NCBI GenBank assembly: GCA_030668825.1
Contig: DAOVET010000001.1
Coordinates: forward strand, 32,001-96,000
Reading direction: 5' to 3'
DNA length: 64,000 bases
Origin: Candidatus Heimdallarchaeota archaeon
GTDB taxonomy: Archaea; Asgardarchaeota; Heimdallarchaeia; Heimdallarchaeales; Heimdallarchaeaceae
Shown here: positions 38,469-48,462 of the stretch, piece after piece
How the letters are laid out: every line of letters starts with the position of its first letter
Numbering within the stretch: the stretch's first letter is position 1
The notes under the pieces: model-generated
What the model was told of the DNA's origin: nothing
The model's input: the letters and a program-made list of their open reading frames with translations, nothing else
Databases searched by the model: none
Made by a program: the position numbers and the translations under genes

Positions 38469-39821
38469 ATGCTCATTAGCAACTACGATATACGGCTATT
38501 TTACAGATGCCCAATGTTATTTTATCTAAGTAAGTTTGGTCCTGAGCAGGAAAAAGATGTACATCCCATTTTGGGAAGAAGTAGAGATAGATCTAAACAT
38601 CATATAACCTCAGAAGAAGAAATAAGAGAAAAAGCTGAGCAAACAAAGGCAAGAATGATCCAAGGAAAATCTCAAATTAGTCAGGGCTGGATTCTAGCAG
38701 AAAATTTATCCTCCAGAATTGATCGTTTGAAAAAGATAGACTTGGAAGGTTCTTTTGGTTCGTATTCATATATCCCAATTCTATTAAGAAATGTAAAATA
38801 TTTAAGAAAACCAATAATTATGGAAGGAGTTTATGCTGCTTATGTTTGTTCACTCTTTCAAGAAGCTAAAATCGATTATTTTCAGATTTATAGAGATAAT
38901 GAATATGAAACTCATTCGACAGAGAATTTGATAGATGAATTAAAAGAAGATATAGATAAAATCAACAAAATACTTGCTGGTGAGTTAAAGATATCTCCAA
39001 ATTATACAAGAAGTTGTAGAGTATGTGAATGGAGAAAGTATTGCAAAAAGCTTGTTGCTGATAGTTTGGATGTCACATTAATTAGTGGAATTGGAAAACG
39101 TATTAAAAAGCAGCTACTTGATTATGGAATTACTGATGTTCCAAGTTTAGCTCAAGCAGATTTAACTGATTTAAAAATGGAAAATGTAAGTAAGAAAGAA
39201 CTAGAATATCTTGTACTTCAGGCTCAATCGTTAGTAGATAAAAAAGAAAAAATAAGAGACAAAATTGTTTTTCCTTCTTCTTCCTACGAACTTTATGTAG
39301 ATATAGAGGGGTCTTCTCATCATAACTTTGTTTGGATTATTGGTTGTCTGCTAAGGAAAGGAACTGAACATAGATACCTTCATTTCTTAGCTGAATCGCC
39401 ACAAAAAGAGGAACAAATGTTTAGATCATTTTTGAAGTTTCTAGAAGAACTAGATGGTGATTTCACACTCTACCATTGGTCATTAGCTGAACCACAATAC
39501 TTTCAGAATTTAGCATCTAAATACTCAATTAAATCAAAAAGGATAGCTGCCCTGATACACAGCTCCTTTGACTTATTTCCAGTTTTCAAGAATAAAATAA
39601 TACTTCCTGTATATACCTACACTTTGAAAGATGTTGCAAACTGGCTAGGTTTTGAATGGTTTGATCCACTAGTCGATGGAGCCACTAGTATAATACTTTT
39701 CGACAAATGGTATTTACATAATGACAGAGAAGCTCTGCATAAAGCTATCTCTTACAACTCTGACGATTGCAAGGCTTTACTCATTATCAAAGATTATCTG
39801 ACCAAAAAAATCTCACAGTAA
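38469..39821 (+). CDS. TM0106-family RecB-like nuclease with HhH and RNase H-like domains
   Basis: RCP, CRVCEWRKYC, ISGIG, YVDIEG, YTLKDVA, YNSDDC. Confidence 0.85.
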   Translation: MLISNYDIRLFYRCPMLFYLSKFGPEQEKDVHPILGRSRDRSKHHITSEEEIREKAEQTKARMIQGKSQISQGWILAENLSSRIDRLKKIDLEGSFGSYSYIPILLRNVKYLRKPIIMEGVYAAYVCSLFQEAKIDYFQIYRDNEYETHSTENLIDELKEDIDKINKILAGELKISPNYTRSCRVCEWRKYCKKLVADSLDVTLISGIGKRIKKQLLDYGITDVPSLAQADLTDLKMENVSKKELEYLVLQAQSLVDKKEKIRDKIVFPSSSYELYVDIEGSSHHNFVWIIGCLLRKGTEHRYLHFLAESPQKEEQMFRSFLKFLEELDGDFTLYHWSLAEPQYFQNLASKYSIKSKRIAALIHSSFDLFPVFKNKIILPVYTYTLKDVANWLGFEWFDPLVDGATSIILFDKWYLHNDREALHKAISYNSDDCKALLIIKDYLTKKISQ

Positions 39822-39840
39822 AAGGTTTCTTCTACGATAA

Positions 39841-40047
39841 CAGGAAAATTCAAAACATATCCGTTTCAAGGGTTCAAATAGAGAAAGAAGAGGCCAAATA
39901 CTCAAGTTTGTCCCTAAAAACAAAGAAGCATCACTTACAGATTTAAGAAAACTTCTAAGTACAAATAAAACTCATCTGGACGCAATTTTAGAGGAAATGA
40001 TTAAAGAGGGACTTCTAACCAAAACTAAAGGTAATTACTCTGTCTAG
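39841..40047 (+). pseudogene. Orphan 3' fragment resembling the C-terminal winged helix of short MutY-like glycosylases
   Basis: Start-less frame ...RFKGSNRERRGQILKF...LDAILEEMIKEGLLTK...YSV*, preceded by TAA at 39838. Confidence 0.6.
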
Positions 40048-40106
40048 TGGGTAATTATTTCCTTTAGCAAAAACATATATTAGCTGGTAGATTAGAGTGA
40101 TATGAA

Positions 40107-40634
40107 ATGAGAGCTTTATACTTAGGACGTTTTAATCCTCCTCATAAGGGACATATCTATTCATTAGAGTATATATTAAATCAGCCAGATATTGATGAAA
40201 TAATCATCCTTATTGGAAGTGGAGAAAAAGCTTATTCACTAAAGAATCCTTTCACCGGTGGGGAGAGATATGAAATGGTTGTAACAATGGTCAAGGAACA
40301 TTTCAACTATGATCAATTCTTTATTTCTGCAATTCCAGATATTAATCGAAACACAATCTGGCCGGCGAATGTTATAGACCTAATTCCAAGTTTTGATGTA
40401 ATCTTCACAAATAATTCTCTTGTTCAAGAGCTGTTTACAGACTTAAGTAACAAAGAAGTAAGAGAAATTCCTCTCAACAAAAGAGAAGAATTAAGTGGAA
40501 AAATTATAAGAGAAAAAATGATTAAGGGAGAGAACTGGCAGCAAGCCATTCCTGATGAACTTCTTCCACTTATTGAGAAATATCAAGGGATTAAGAGAAT
40601 TCAATCTTTGGCAACTAAAGATGAAATTAAATAA
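40107..40634 (+). CDS. nadM: Nicotinamide-nucleotide adenylyltransferase (archaeal NMNAT)
   Basis: GRFNPPHKGH, IGS, NPFTGGER, LSGKIIRE..W. Confidence 0.9.
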   Translation: MRALYLGRFNPPHKGHIYSLEYILNQPDIDEIIILIGSGEKAYSLKNPFTGGERYEMVVTMVKEHFNYDQFFISAIPDINRNTIWPANVIDLIPSFDVIFTNNSLVQELFTDLSNKEVREIPLNKREELSGKIIREKMIKGENWQQAIPDELLPLIEKYQGIKRIQSLATKDEIK

Positions 40635-40673
40635 TCACACAAATCTTTTATTCATTTTATCTAATGTTAATCT

Positions 40674-41288
40674 ATGAATGTAGATGATGCAATTCGTAAT
40701 AGAAGATCTATAAGAAAATACAAGGAAAAACCTCTTACAAAAGAACAAATAGTAGAAATCCTTGACGCAGGAAATAGAGCTCCCTCTGCAAAAAATCGTG
40801 TTCAGTGGAGATTTCATGTTTTTCAAGACGAAGCCAAAGCTAAATTGATACAAGTTTGTAGAGAAGGATTTGAAAAGCTTCCAAAGATACCCCTCATGGC
40901 TTCCGCAGCTAATTCTTATAATATTATGGAACAAGCTCCAGTAGTGATTCTTGTATTACAGACATGCGAATGGGGAGGAATCAGTGCAGAAATTCAGTCT
41001 GTATCAGCTGCAATACAGAATATGTTATTGAAAGCGCATAGTATGGGTTTGGGAACAGTCTGGATAAATGATGTTCTTTTTGTTGAGAATGCAATTCTCG
41101 ATTTCCTTGATTTTGAAAAAGAGGAATCAGAGTTTAAGGAAATGCTTTTAGATTTTGGTCGAAAAACTGGTGAGGTAATAGGTTATTCAGGTCCACTGAT
41201 TGCAGCTATAGCCTTAGGGCATCCTAATGAAAATCCAAAACGAGATCCTAGAAAAACTGTAGAGGAAGTTACTATTTGGCATGAATAG
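40674..41288 (+). CDS. Nitroreductase family protein
   Basis: RRSIRKY, APSAKN, AAIQNMLL.AHSMGLGTVW. Confidence 0.92.
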   Translation: MNVDDAIRNRRSIRKYKEKPLTKEQIVEILDAGNRAPSAKNRVQWRFHVFQDEAKAKLIQVCREGFEKLPKIPLMASAANSYNIMEQAPVVILVLQTCEWGGISAEIQSVSAAIQNMLLKAHSMGLGTVWINDVLFVENAILDFLDFEKEESEFKEMLLDFGRKTGEVIGYSGPLIAAIALGHPNENPKRDPRKTVEEVTIWHE

Positions 41289-41294
41289 AAAAAT

Positions 41295-41321
41295 TCAAGG
41301 TGATTATCGAATCACACTTGA
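41295..41321. terminator. Hairpin between convergent genes
   Basis: TCAAG-GTGATT-atcg-AATCAC-a-CTTGA. Confidence 0.5.
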
Positions 41322-41328
41322 CAGTTTT

Positions 41329-42825
41329 CTACCAATTTCGTAAGACATCAATGATTAATCTAACAGCTGGACCTTTGCTACCTTTAGGATTGTAGTCTTT
41401 ATCACCACTTTGTTCCATTGCACCTGCTATATCTAGATGAGCCCATGGAACATCCATAGTAAATTTACTTAGAAACCTTGCTGCTGTTATTGAGCCACCA
41501 GGTCTTCCCCCTGTGTGTTTAAAGTCTGCTAGATCACTTTTTAGCTGTTCATCGTAATCTTCCCACAAGGGCATTCTCCAAATTTTATCACCACTAGATT
41601 TGGAAGCTTCTTCTAGCTTATCAACTACGAAATCATGATTGGAAAAGTATCCTACTGCATGCTCACCTAAAGCTATCATCATCGCTCCAGTTAATGTTGC
41701 AAAATCGAACATAGCCTTTGGTTCATAATGTTTAGCCGCATAGGTTAATGCATCATTCAGAACCATTCGTCCTTCAGCATCAGTATTGATGACTTCAATT
41801 GTGTGACCACTATAGCTTGTTATTATATCTCCAGGATGGTAAGCTGTTCCAGAAGGCATATTGTCTGTTGCTGGTACAATCCCTACTACATGCAGGTTAA
41901 TATCTAATTTGGCTATTGCTTCCATAGCTGCAATCACTACTGCACCACCTGTCATATCAGCTTTCATTTTTTCCATATTTTGACCAGGTTTGAGACTTAT
42001 GCCACCACTGTCAAAGGTGATTGCTTTACCAATTAATGCAACTGTTTCGACTCCTTGTTTGTCAGCACCATGTTCCATGATTATAAATTTAGGTGGTTCC
42101 TTTGTTCCTCTTGCAACAGCTAGAAAACTTGTCAGGCCTATTTCTTTGATTTTTTCTCTATCGAAAATAGTTGTTTTAATTCCCGTTTCTTTTTCCATTC
42201 GTAGGGCTTCATCGGCAAGTTTGGTTGGAGTGATATAATTAGCAGGACCCCATGCCAATGTTCTACATAGGTTAACGGAATCAGCGATTATTTTCCCACT
42301 TTCAGCTCCTTTCTTCATAATGTCTTCTTCAACTGTTTCGCTGAAAATCTGCAGTTCGTCGATTTTCTTATATTTTTCAAGTTTTTCTGTTTTGTAAGTA
42401 ATATTTTGGAAACTTCCCATAATCATGCCTTGAACGATAGCTTCTGTTGTTTCAACAATATCCAGTTTTTCTCTTGAAAAGAAATCAAGATTGACTCCTA
42501 GTTTCTTTATACCAAGATCTCTAGCTTCTCTTGAAGAATTACCTAATGCTTTTCGAACTGTTTCTACAGTTAGCTTTTCTTCCTTTCCTAAACCTACTAG
42601 GAGAAGTCTTTTGGTAGGGATTGATCCTTGTGTGTATACCAAGGATATTTGTCCTGGTTTTCCTTTGAAATCACCGAGATCTAAAATTTCACAAACAGTT
42701 TCATTTAATTCTTTAAGCATAACATCTTCTTTTGCTGCTTCTAAAACCCCTAGAATGACTAGAGGTAAGTCATTTTCCTTTAGATTAATCCTTTTTACAT
42801 CAACTTTCATGATGACCACATTCAA
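41329..42825 (-). CDS. pepA: Leucyl aminopeptidase (M17)
   Basis: GKAITFDSGG, MKADMTG, NTDAEGRMVL, ATLTGA, HLDIAG. Confidence 0.95.
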   Translation of the reverse strand: MNVVIMKVDVKRINLKENDLPLVILGVLEAAKEDVMLKELNETVCEILDLGDFKGKPGQISLVYTQGSIPTKRLLLVGLGKEEKLTVETVRKALGNSSREARDLGIKKLGVNLDFFSREKLDIVETTEAIVQGMIMGSFQNITYKTEKLEKYKKIDELQIFSETVEEDIMKKGAESGKIIADSVNLCRTLAWGPANYITPTKLADEALRMEKETGIKTTIFDREKIKEIGLTSFLAVARGTKEPPKFIIMEHGADKQGVETVALIGKAITFDSGGISLKPGQNMEKMKADMTGGAVVIAAMEAIAKLDINLHVVGIVPATDNMPSGTAYHPGDIITSYSGHTIEVINTDAEGRMVLNDALTYAAKHYEPKAMFDFATLTGAMMIALGEHAVGYFSNHDFVVDKLEEASKSSGDKIWRMPLWEDYDEQLKSDLADFKHTGGRPGGSITAARFLSKFTMDVPWAHLDIAGAMEQSGDKDYNPKGSKGPAVRLIIDVLRNW

Positions 42826-42885
42826 ATAAGGTAGACAAAGGGGATTAAAAACAGTTTTTGTTTAACGATAGAATGTTGTTTAAAT

Positions 42886-42916
42886 TCTTGTACAAGATTT
42901 AATAATGGCTGTACAA
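42886..42916. promoter_or_regulatory. Candidate operator: palindrome TCTTGTACAAGA plus a second TGTACA 21 bp away, just upstream of a TATA box
   Basis: TGTACA at 42889 and 42910; TTTTATTATA at 42921. Confidence 0.45.
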
Positions 42917-42972
42917 AACATTTTATTATAAGAGTCTTTGAGCATGAGCTTCTCGAAGTAAGTACACTTCAG

Positions 42973-43674
42973 ATGATGAAAATGAGTGATGAAAAAATAT
43001 TGAGTAAAGCAATCTCAAGAAACTTAAAAAGTAGTTTCATTAAATGGCTAGCTATTGGTTTTGGTATAGCAGTTGTTACAGGAGGGATTGTGGGAATTGG
43101 AGTATACTTTGGTATTCAAGACCCAACTACACCAAATCCTGAAGTAGACTCATTCTCAACACAATTGGCTGAATCAGTATATGCTTTGATATCCAATGTA
43201 GTACATGTGGAAATCATTGGAAATGCGACAGCTCAGATAAATAGTCGAATGATAAGTGCAACTTTTGATAGAGTTGGTGATAATGTTACCTACTCATGGG
43301 CTGTTACAGGATATGCCATTGATCCAATAGAGGAAGTCAACTTTGTACTCACAACAAATCAAGTAAACCAAATAGGTCAAGGATTATTAGAATCAATTAA
43401 TAATACTGAAAAAGTAGGAATTTGGGGAGTTGACACCTATTCATCAGGAGGAGAGCAACCTAATATGAAATGGATAACAGAGTTGTATCTTGAAAACAGT
43501 ACTGTTATCTATTTGTATGTCAACATGGAAAGTTTAGTTCTATTCCAATCAACAACTTGGACTGGAGATTATCAAGCCCCTATTAACATGATTGGAGCAA
43601 CAGTTCTTGAACCAGAAAGTGCTTTTGATGAATATATATCCGTTTTAAGTACTTTATTCGCTCCATACTTCTGA
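42973..43674 (+). CDS. Membrane-anchored hypothetical protein
   Basis: Single N-terminal TM followed by an extracellular domain. Confidence 0.7.
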   Translation: MMKMSDEKILSKAISRNLKSSFIKWLAIGFGIAVVTGGIVGIGVYFGIQDPTTPNPEVDSFSTQLAESVYALISNVVHVEIIGNATAQINSRMISATFDRVGDNVTYSWAVTGYAIDPIEEVNFVLTTNQVNQIGQGLLESINNTEKVGIWGVDTYSSGGEQPNMKWITELYLENSTVIYLYVNMESLVLFQSTTWTGDYQAPINMIGATVLEPESAFDEYISVLSTLFAPYF

Positions 43675-43690
43675 AATTGGTGAAACCTGA

Positions 43691-44164
43691 ATGACTGAGA
43701 AGAATGATGAAGATATAATCTCTTCTTTAACTGGAACAGCTTTACGCGTATTTGTATATGCATTAAAGAAAGCTAAAGATGTTGGAGTTAGAGAAACTCA
43801 AAGAGATTTAGGATTTAAATCAGCTAGTCATTCTCAATATCACCTTCAAAGATTAGAACAACTTGGACTCCTTGAAAAAAATAAGAACAATAGATATGAT
43901 TTAAAAGAACAATATGAAAACTTGCGAAGTCTAAGAATAGGCATTCTTACAGAAATTTATGTGTTTAAAGGATGGATGATACCTTCTTTAGGACTTTTTT
44001 CAGGATTTTTGGCAAGCAGCTTGATTATTTCAATACTGTTCTACTTCCTGCTGACTCCTTTAGCGGCAATAATATTCAGTTCTGTTGCACTATCTATGAG
44101 TTCTATTTATTCAGGATATAGAGCAATTAAAGTTATCAAATCTTTCAAACAGAGTGAAGAGTAA
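43691..44164 (+). CDS. Membrane-tethered winged-helix transcription regulator
   Basis: VGVRETQRDLGFKSASHSQYHLQRLEQLGLL wHTH followed by two TM helices. Confidence 0.82.
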   Translation: MTEKNDEDIISSLTGTALRVFVYALKKAKDVGVRETQRDLGFKSASHSQYHLQRLEQLGLLEKNKNNRYDLKEQYENLRSLRIGILTEIYVFKGWMIPSLGLFSGFLASSLIISILFYFLLTPLAAIIFSSVALSMSSIYSGYRAIKVIKSFKQSEE

Positions 44165-44177
44165 GAATTCACTTCTG

Positions 44178-44645
44178 TTATTTTTCTTCTAATATATTTT
44201 TTACATGCTCTAGAGCTTTTTTGTTGTCTTCCCACTTGAGCAGTTTCATTGCTTCTTCAAAAGAACACCATTTCCATTGATCATGCTCTTTTGGATCAAT
44301 ACTAGGTAAATCAGGTTGATTGATTCTTGCCACAAAAACATATTCAGGAATATCTTTAACACCTTCAGGATAATCCTTGTTGTATTTTTCTTCTATTTTA
44401 ATATTATATGAAAAATCAGTCTGAAAAATAAAGTTCGGTATATAACTTGTCTCTTCTAACAATTCTCTTTTGGCTGCATCTAGCAAATCTTCTCCTTTTT
44501 CAGGGGCTCCAGTTACTCCTTGCCAGAAACCACCAATGCTTTCAATTCTTTTAAGCAGAAGATATTCCCAAAGATCATCTTTTTCTCTTACAGGATAAAC
44601 CAGTACTTGTTCTGGAATTCTCATTAATATTAAAAATTCCCTCAC
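44178..44645 (-). CDS. NUDIX hydrolase (NudB-like)
   Basis: FWQGVTG, GEDLLDAAKRELLEET Nudix box, EH..WKW. Confidence 0.9.
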   Translation of the reverse strand: MREFLILMRIPEQVLVYPVREKDDLWEYLLLKRIESIGGFWQGVTGAPEKGEDLLDAAKRELLEETSYIPNFIFQTDFSYNIKIEEKYNKDYPEGVKDIPEYVFVARINQPDLPSIDPKEHDQWKWCSFEEAMKLLKWEDNKKALEHVKNILEEK

Positions 44646-44683
44646 CTATAAAATAAGTTTCATTTTGCACATTTACTAAAAGT

Positions 44684-45550
44684 TCACCCCTTTTCTTCTT
44701 TCCTTTTTTCTATAAATCTATAAACAGCTCCCCACATATAGTTATCTTCTCTTTCTTTAACTTCAAGATTATTGGTGTGCATCCATTTCTGTAAGGATTC
44801 CTTGGTAACATCGTCATACTTAGAGTCAATCTTACCATCATAAAAACCATCAATTGTCAAAACTTCCTTGATGGTTTTCATAACATCTCCCCCTAGCTTA
44901 ACTTTATCATCAGGATCATCTCGCTTAAGCAGTGAAAGGTCATAAAGTTCAAACACTCTTCGTAATTCCTTAATGGGGTGCTCGTGCTCATCAACTCTTA
45001 CATTGATGTATCTATCAGTTCCTCCATCATATGCCCCTTCTTCTTTAACAATTAGAATTGCAGCTGATTGTTTACCTCTACTATCTCCTCCTGCATCCTG
45101 ACCTTCTTCCAAAGCTGCTAGAAATTTTTCAACAAGATCCCCAGATGTTTCTCTATAGGCATGAGACATTGCTAAAACAGTATCTTCAGAAACAAGTATA
45201 TTCCCTTGACATGAATAGTTTTCACCAATTACATGTCCAGCCCAATCAAAGCATTTATTACCTGTAAATGAAGCAACGTTTCCAAAAGAGTCAACTATAC
45301 CAACTTGTCTATGTTCTCTTTTCTCATCATGTTGAGTGATTATTTTGATTGTCTCTTCAGCTGTCATACCTTGTTCCAATAAGGCTAAGCTTTTTGGACC
45401 ATAACTTGTGTTCGTCCATGCTTGTGTAGCTACTGCTCCAACATTCGCTTTGGCAAATGGAACAATGCTTCCAACTGCAATGAATTTTGACTGCACTGCT
45501 ACTCCCCATTCTTTCTTCTCAGGATCATAAGCAACTATTGAAAATGTCAT
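44684..45550 (-). CDS. DUF1028 Ntn-hydrolase-like protein with a C-terminal peptidoglycan-binding-like domain
   Basis: MTFSIVAYD..GVAVQS, ATQA, RQVGIVD, QGNIL, GGDSRGKQSAA, RVDEH; likely start 45550. Confidence 0.9.
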   Translation of the reverse strand: MTFSIVAYDPEKKEWGVAVQSKFIAVGSIVPFAKANVGAVATQAWTNTSYGPKSLALLEQGMTAEETIKIITQHDEKREHRQVGIVDSFGNVASFTGNKCFDWAGHVIGENYSCQGNILVSEDTVLAMSHAYRETSGDLVEKFLAALEEGQDAGGDSRGKQSAAILIVKEEGAYDGGTDRYINVRVDEHEHPIKELRRVFELYDLSLLKRDDPDDKVKLGGDVMKTIKEVLTIDGFYDGKIDSKYDDVTKESLQKWMHTNNLEVKEREDNYMWGAVYRFIEKRKEEKG

Positions 45551-45773
45551 TTTTCTCAAATAAAGATTGAATCTGTTCATATTAAGTTTTATCCAGAGAA
45601 AAACAAAATTCAAAGGAAATTGTACGGAAATAATACGATAGCAATTCGCTTTTTGTCGGGATTATGTTGTCGTCTAGAACGTTCTCACAGCTTTAAAGCT
45701 AAATATACGTAAAAAAATCTAGTTATCTAGGTGAAAATTTAATATTTTACAAAAAAATGAGAGAGAGAAAGCT

Positions 45774-46172
45774 TTATTCGTTGATTCTAGGTTCACTAAT
45801 AATCTGTATAGAATTTCCTTCTGAGTCTTTAATATTAAAATACGATACCATCTTAGGTATGTCAACAATATCTGTTGTTTCTATACTTTTACCTTCAAAG
45901 TATTTCTTATTTGCTTTTAGATCTGGGACATTAAAAGTAAGTACTCCTGAGTTGGGGAGATATTCATGATCTTTTTCAACAAGATTCAGCCCTAGCTTTG
46001 CAACCTTACCAGGAAGGAAAAATTCACACCAACCAGCTTCAGGACCCATATACCAAGATATCTCAAAATTGAATGTGTCTTTATAGAATTTCTTAGCTCT
46101 CTCTATATCTGTGACTTTAATTTGGAAATAAATTTCCTTAATAGGAACAGGATATTCTCTTTCGTCAATCAT
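45774..46172 (-). CDS. VOC/glyoxalase family protein
   Basis: VTDIERAKKFY, FNVPDL, IKDSEGNSIQI. Confidence 0.9.
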   Translation of the reverse strand: MIDEREYPVPIKEIYFQIKVTDIERAKKFYKDTFNFEISWYMGPEAGWCEFFLPGKVAKLGLNLVEKDHEYLPNSGVLTFNVPDLKANKKYFEGKSIETTDIVDIPKMVSYFNIKDSEGNSIQIISEPRINE

Positions 46173-46301
46173 GAGTGAATTCTAAGTTTTCAGTTTAATA
46201 AGTATTAATATTAAACAAATAGTTACTAATTTATAACTCTACTGCAATCTAACGGCAATTTGCTGAAGAAAGTTTAAATAGGTTTACTCATCCGACACTG
46301 T

Positions 46302-46877
46302 ATGTCGAACTCAAACATAATATACAAAGTTCAAAAAGCTATGATGGGCTCAAAATATAACATTTTTGAAATAGATTCAGAAGAAATAATATACACAGCT
46401 GTTGTAACACCACTCATTTCTAAGTTGTTCCCTAAAATTACTGTAAAGGATCATACAGGAGCAACAATCGGTACTTTGAAATCAAATCCGCTCAAATCAA
46501 AATGGACATTAACTCTAGAAGATGGAGAAGATGCAATTATTAATGTTCCAGTCATCACAATGTTCGGGATTCATTTTTCAATTGAAATAGGTGGAGTTAC
46601 TTACAAAGCTCCTCATGTAAGGTGGGATTATACAGCAGTAGATGAACAAGGAAACCCTGGGTTCACTATAAATAAAATGCTTTTAGAGTATTTACGAAAT
46701 ACTTTTCATGCACAAACAAGTGGTATCCAAAATCCTCTATACGCTATTTGCACATCCATAGTAATGGATTATCGTTTCTACAAAGGCAGCTGGTTATCAT
46801 TTAAATTCTTCAAGCTATTCAGGAATTCAAAACCAACAAGAAGAGCATATCGTCGTCACAGAAAGAGTCAGCAGTAG
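46302..46877 (+). CDS. LURP-one/scramblase/tubby-C-like protein
   Basis: YKVQKAMMGSKYNI, beta-strand core, W-DY, terminal helix AICTSIVMD; basic tail. Confidence 0.55.
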   Translation: MSNSNIIYKVQKAMMGSKYNIFEIDSEEIIYTAVVTPLISKLFPKITVKDHTGATIGTLKSNPLKSKWTLTLEDGEDAIINVPVITMFGIHFSIEIGGVTYKAPHVRWDYTAVDEQGNPGFTINKMLLEYLRNTFHAQTSGIQNPLYAICTSIVMDYRFYKGSWLSFKFFKLFRNSKPTRRAYRRHRKSQQ

Positions 46878-46963
46878 TTCTTCTTTCACTTATTTTTTTC
46901 TCAAAGTAATTTTTTTCTCAAAAAAAGGTAAAGGCATATTAATGTCACAATTCATTAAAGTTC

Positions 46964-47407
46964 ATGGAAATTGAAGATATTATTGAATACTTTAAAACCC
47001 AACCTTTGATGTATCTTGCAACTGTAGATGGCAACCAACCTAAAGTAAGACCAATGGCTTTAATCTATCATAAGGATACATGCTGGTTTGTTAGCATTGC
47101 AGGAAGAAAAAAGATTAAGGAAATTGAAACTAATGATAACGTTGAATTTGCAATTAACCCACAAGATAGGGAAGATTTGAGCACAATAAGAGGTGCTGGA
47201 AGAGCAATTTTAATAGATGATCAAGAAATAAGACAAGATTTAGCTAATGCTATTCCTTGGTTTGATGAATATTGGGAATCAGCAGAAGATCCTAGATTTT
47301 TCCTCTATAAAATTGATTTAGAACAAGTAAGCGTGCAAATTCCTGTAAAAAGAGACATATATATATTCAACATTAAAACAGGAAAAACAGAGGTAAGACC
47401 AGAATAA
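46964..47407 (+). CDS. Pyridoxamine 5'-phosphate oxidase-like FMN-binding protein
   Basis: YLATVDGNQPKVRPM, K..EI..N.NV, W...EDP. Confidence 0.88.
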   Translation: MEIEDIIEYFKTQPLMYLATVDGNQPKVRPMALIYHKDTCWFVSIAGRKKIKEIETNDNVEFAINPQDREDLSTIRGAGRAILIDDQEIRQDLANAIPWFDEYWESAEDPRFFLYKIDLEQVSVQIPVKRDIYIFNIKTGKTEVRPE

Positions 47408-47423
47408 ATGGCTGTTGATAAAA

Positions 47424-48320
47424 CTATTTTTTCCAATCTAAGTGGATTTCACGTCGAGGGGGAGCTCTTAGAAACTCTTGTTCAGGATGTCCAATTATGA
47501 AAACTCCATGAACATTGTGATTTTTTGGTATCCCTAGTTGTTTTCTTGTTTTTTTACTCCTCCAAAGATATTCTTGAGCAAAACCATTCCAACATGTTCC
47601 CAAACCCATTGAATGAGCTGCTAGCATTCCATGAGTTATAGCAATTCCCGCATCTGAAGCTGTCATCTTTGAATAAGGTGGTGCATGTAAAATAATAACA
47701 CACGGAGCGTTGAAAAAGATTTGATCAACACCTTTACTTCTTCTATCAAAAAATCTATCCAAACTTATTTTAGTTTTTGGACTAAGTAATCTTTTTCGTA
47801 ATAATCCACTAGTGAATGGAACTACAAGGTACTTTAATTTAAGATACTTCTTTGCTCTAACCATTAAAGTAGCAACTTTGTCAGATAAGAAATCAATATC
47901 TTCTTTCTTAGAAAGAACAATGTAGTAACGATTTTGTCTATTACTTGCACTTGGGGAAAATCTCATAGCTTCAAGAATTTGTGTAATTTCTTCTTCTGAA
48001 AGAGGTTGTTGTTTGAAAATCCTAGTTGACCTTCTACTACGTGAGAATTTCATAAATTCTTCATAAGATAGTAACTGTGAAGGATTCTTGGCTTCTTCAA
48101 AATTATATGGCTGATCTGCTCCTTCATAGAGTATTGCCTCTGTCGGGCAAATAGCTATACAATGTCCGCATCTAAAACAAAATCTCAACGGATCCTCAAA
48201 ATGTATCTCTTTTTCCATATTGTCTTTTCTTTCAACTGAGAATAATTCAACAGTACAAGATGCTATGCATTCCTCACATTTGATACATTTTTCTTTGTCT
48301 ATTCCAAGAATTTTTAGCAT
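47424..48320 (-). CDS. Nitroreductase with N-terminal 2x[4Fe-4S] ferredoxin domain
   Basis: CIKCEECIASC, CFRCGHCIAICP, RRSTR, PSASNRQ, GLGTCWNG. Confidence 0.92.
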   Translation of the reverse strand: MLKILGIDKEKCIKCEECIASCTVELFSVERKDNMEKEIHFEDPLRFCFRCGHCIAICPTEAILYEGADQPYNFEEAKNPSQLLSYEEFMKFSRSRRSTRIFKQQPLSEEEITQILEAMRFSPSASNRQNRYYIVLSKKEDIDFLSDKVATLMVRAKKYLKLKYLVVPFTSGLLRKRLLSPKTKISLDRFFDRRSKGVDQIFFNAPCVIILHAPPYSKMTASDAGIAITHGMLAAHSMGLGTCWNGFAQEYLWRSKKTRKQLGIPKNHNVHGVFIIGHPEQEFLRAPPRREIHLDWKK

Positions 48321-48462
48321 TTATATCTGAAACAAGGAAAAAAATACTAGTATATATCTTTAACAGAAAGAGAGAAAAAAAATCTTTATGGTAATCAATT
48401 TTGTATTTTCTCCATTACTAAACACTTATCAGTTTCTAGAACTAGAAAAACCCAATAATTAG

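Noticed and set aside
45614-45730. Cluster of short palindromes (AGAACGTTCT, AGCTTTAAAGCT)
   Set aside because: No coherent fold or recognisable RNA family; too weak to call.
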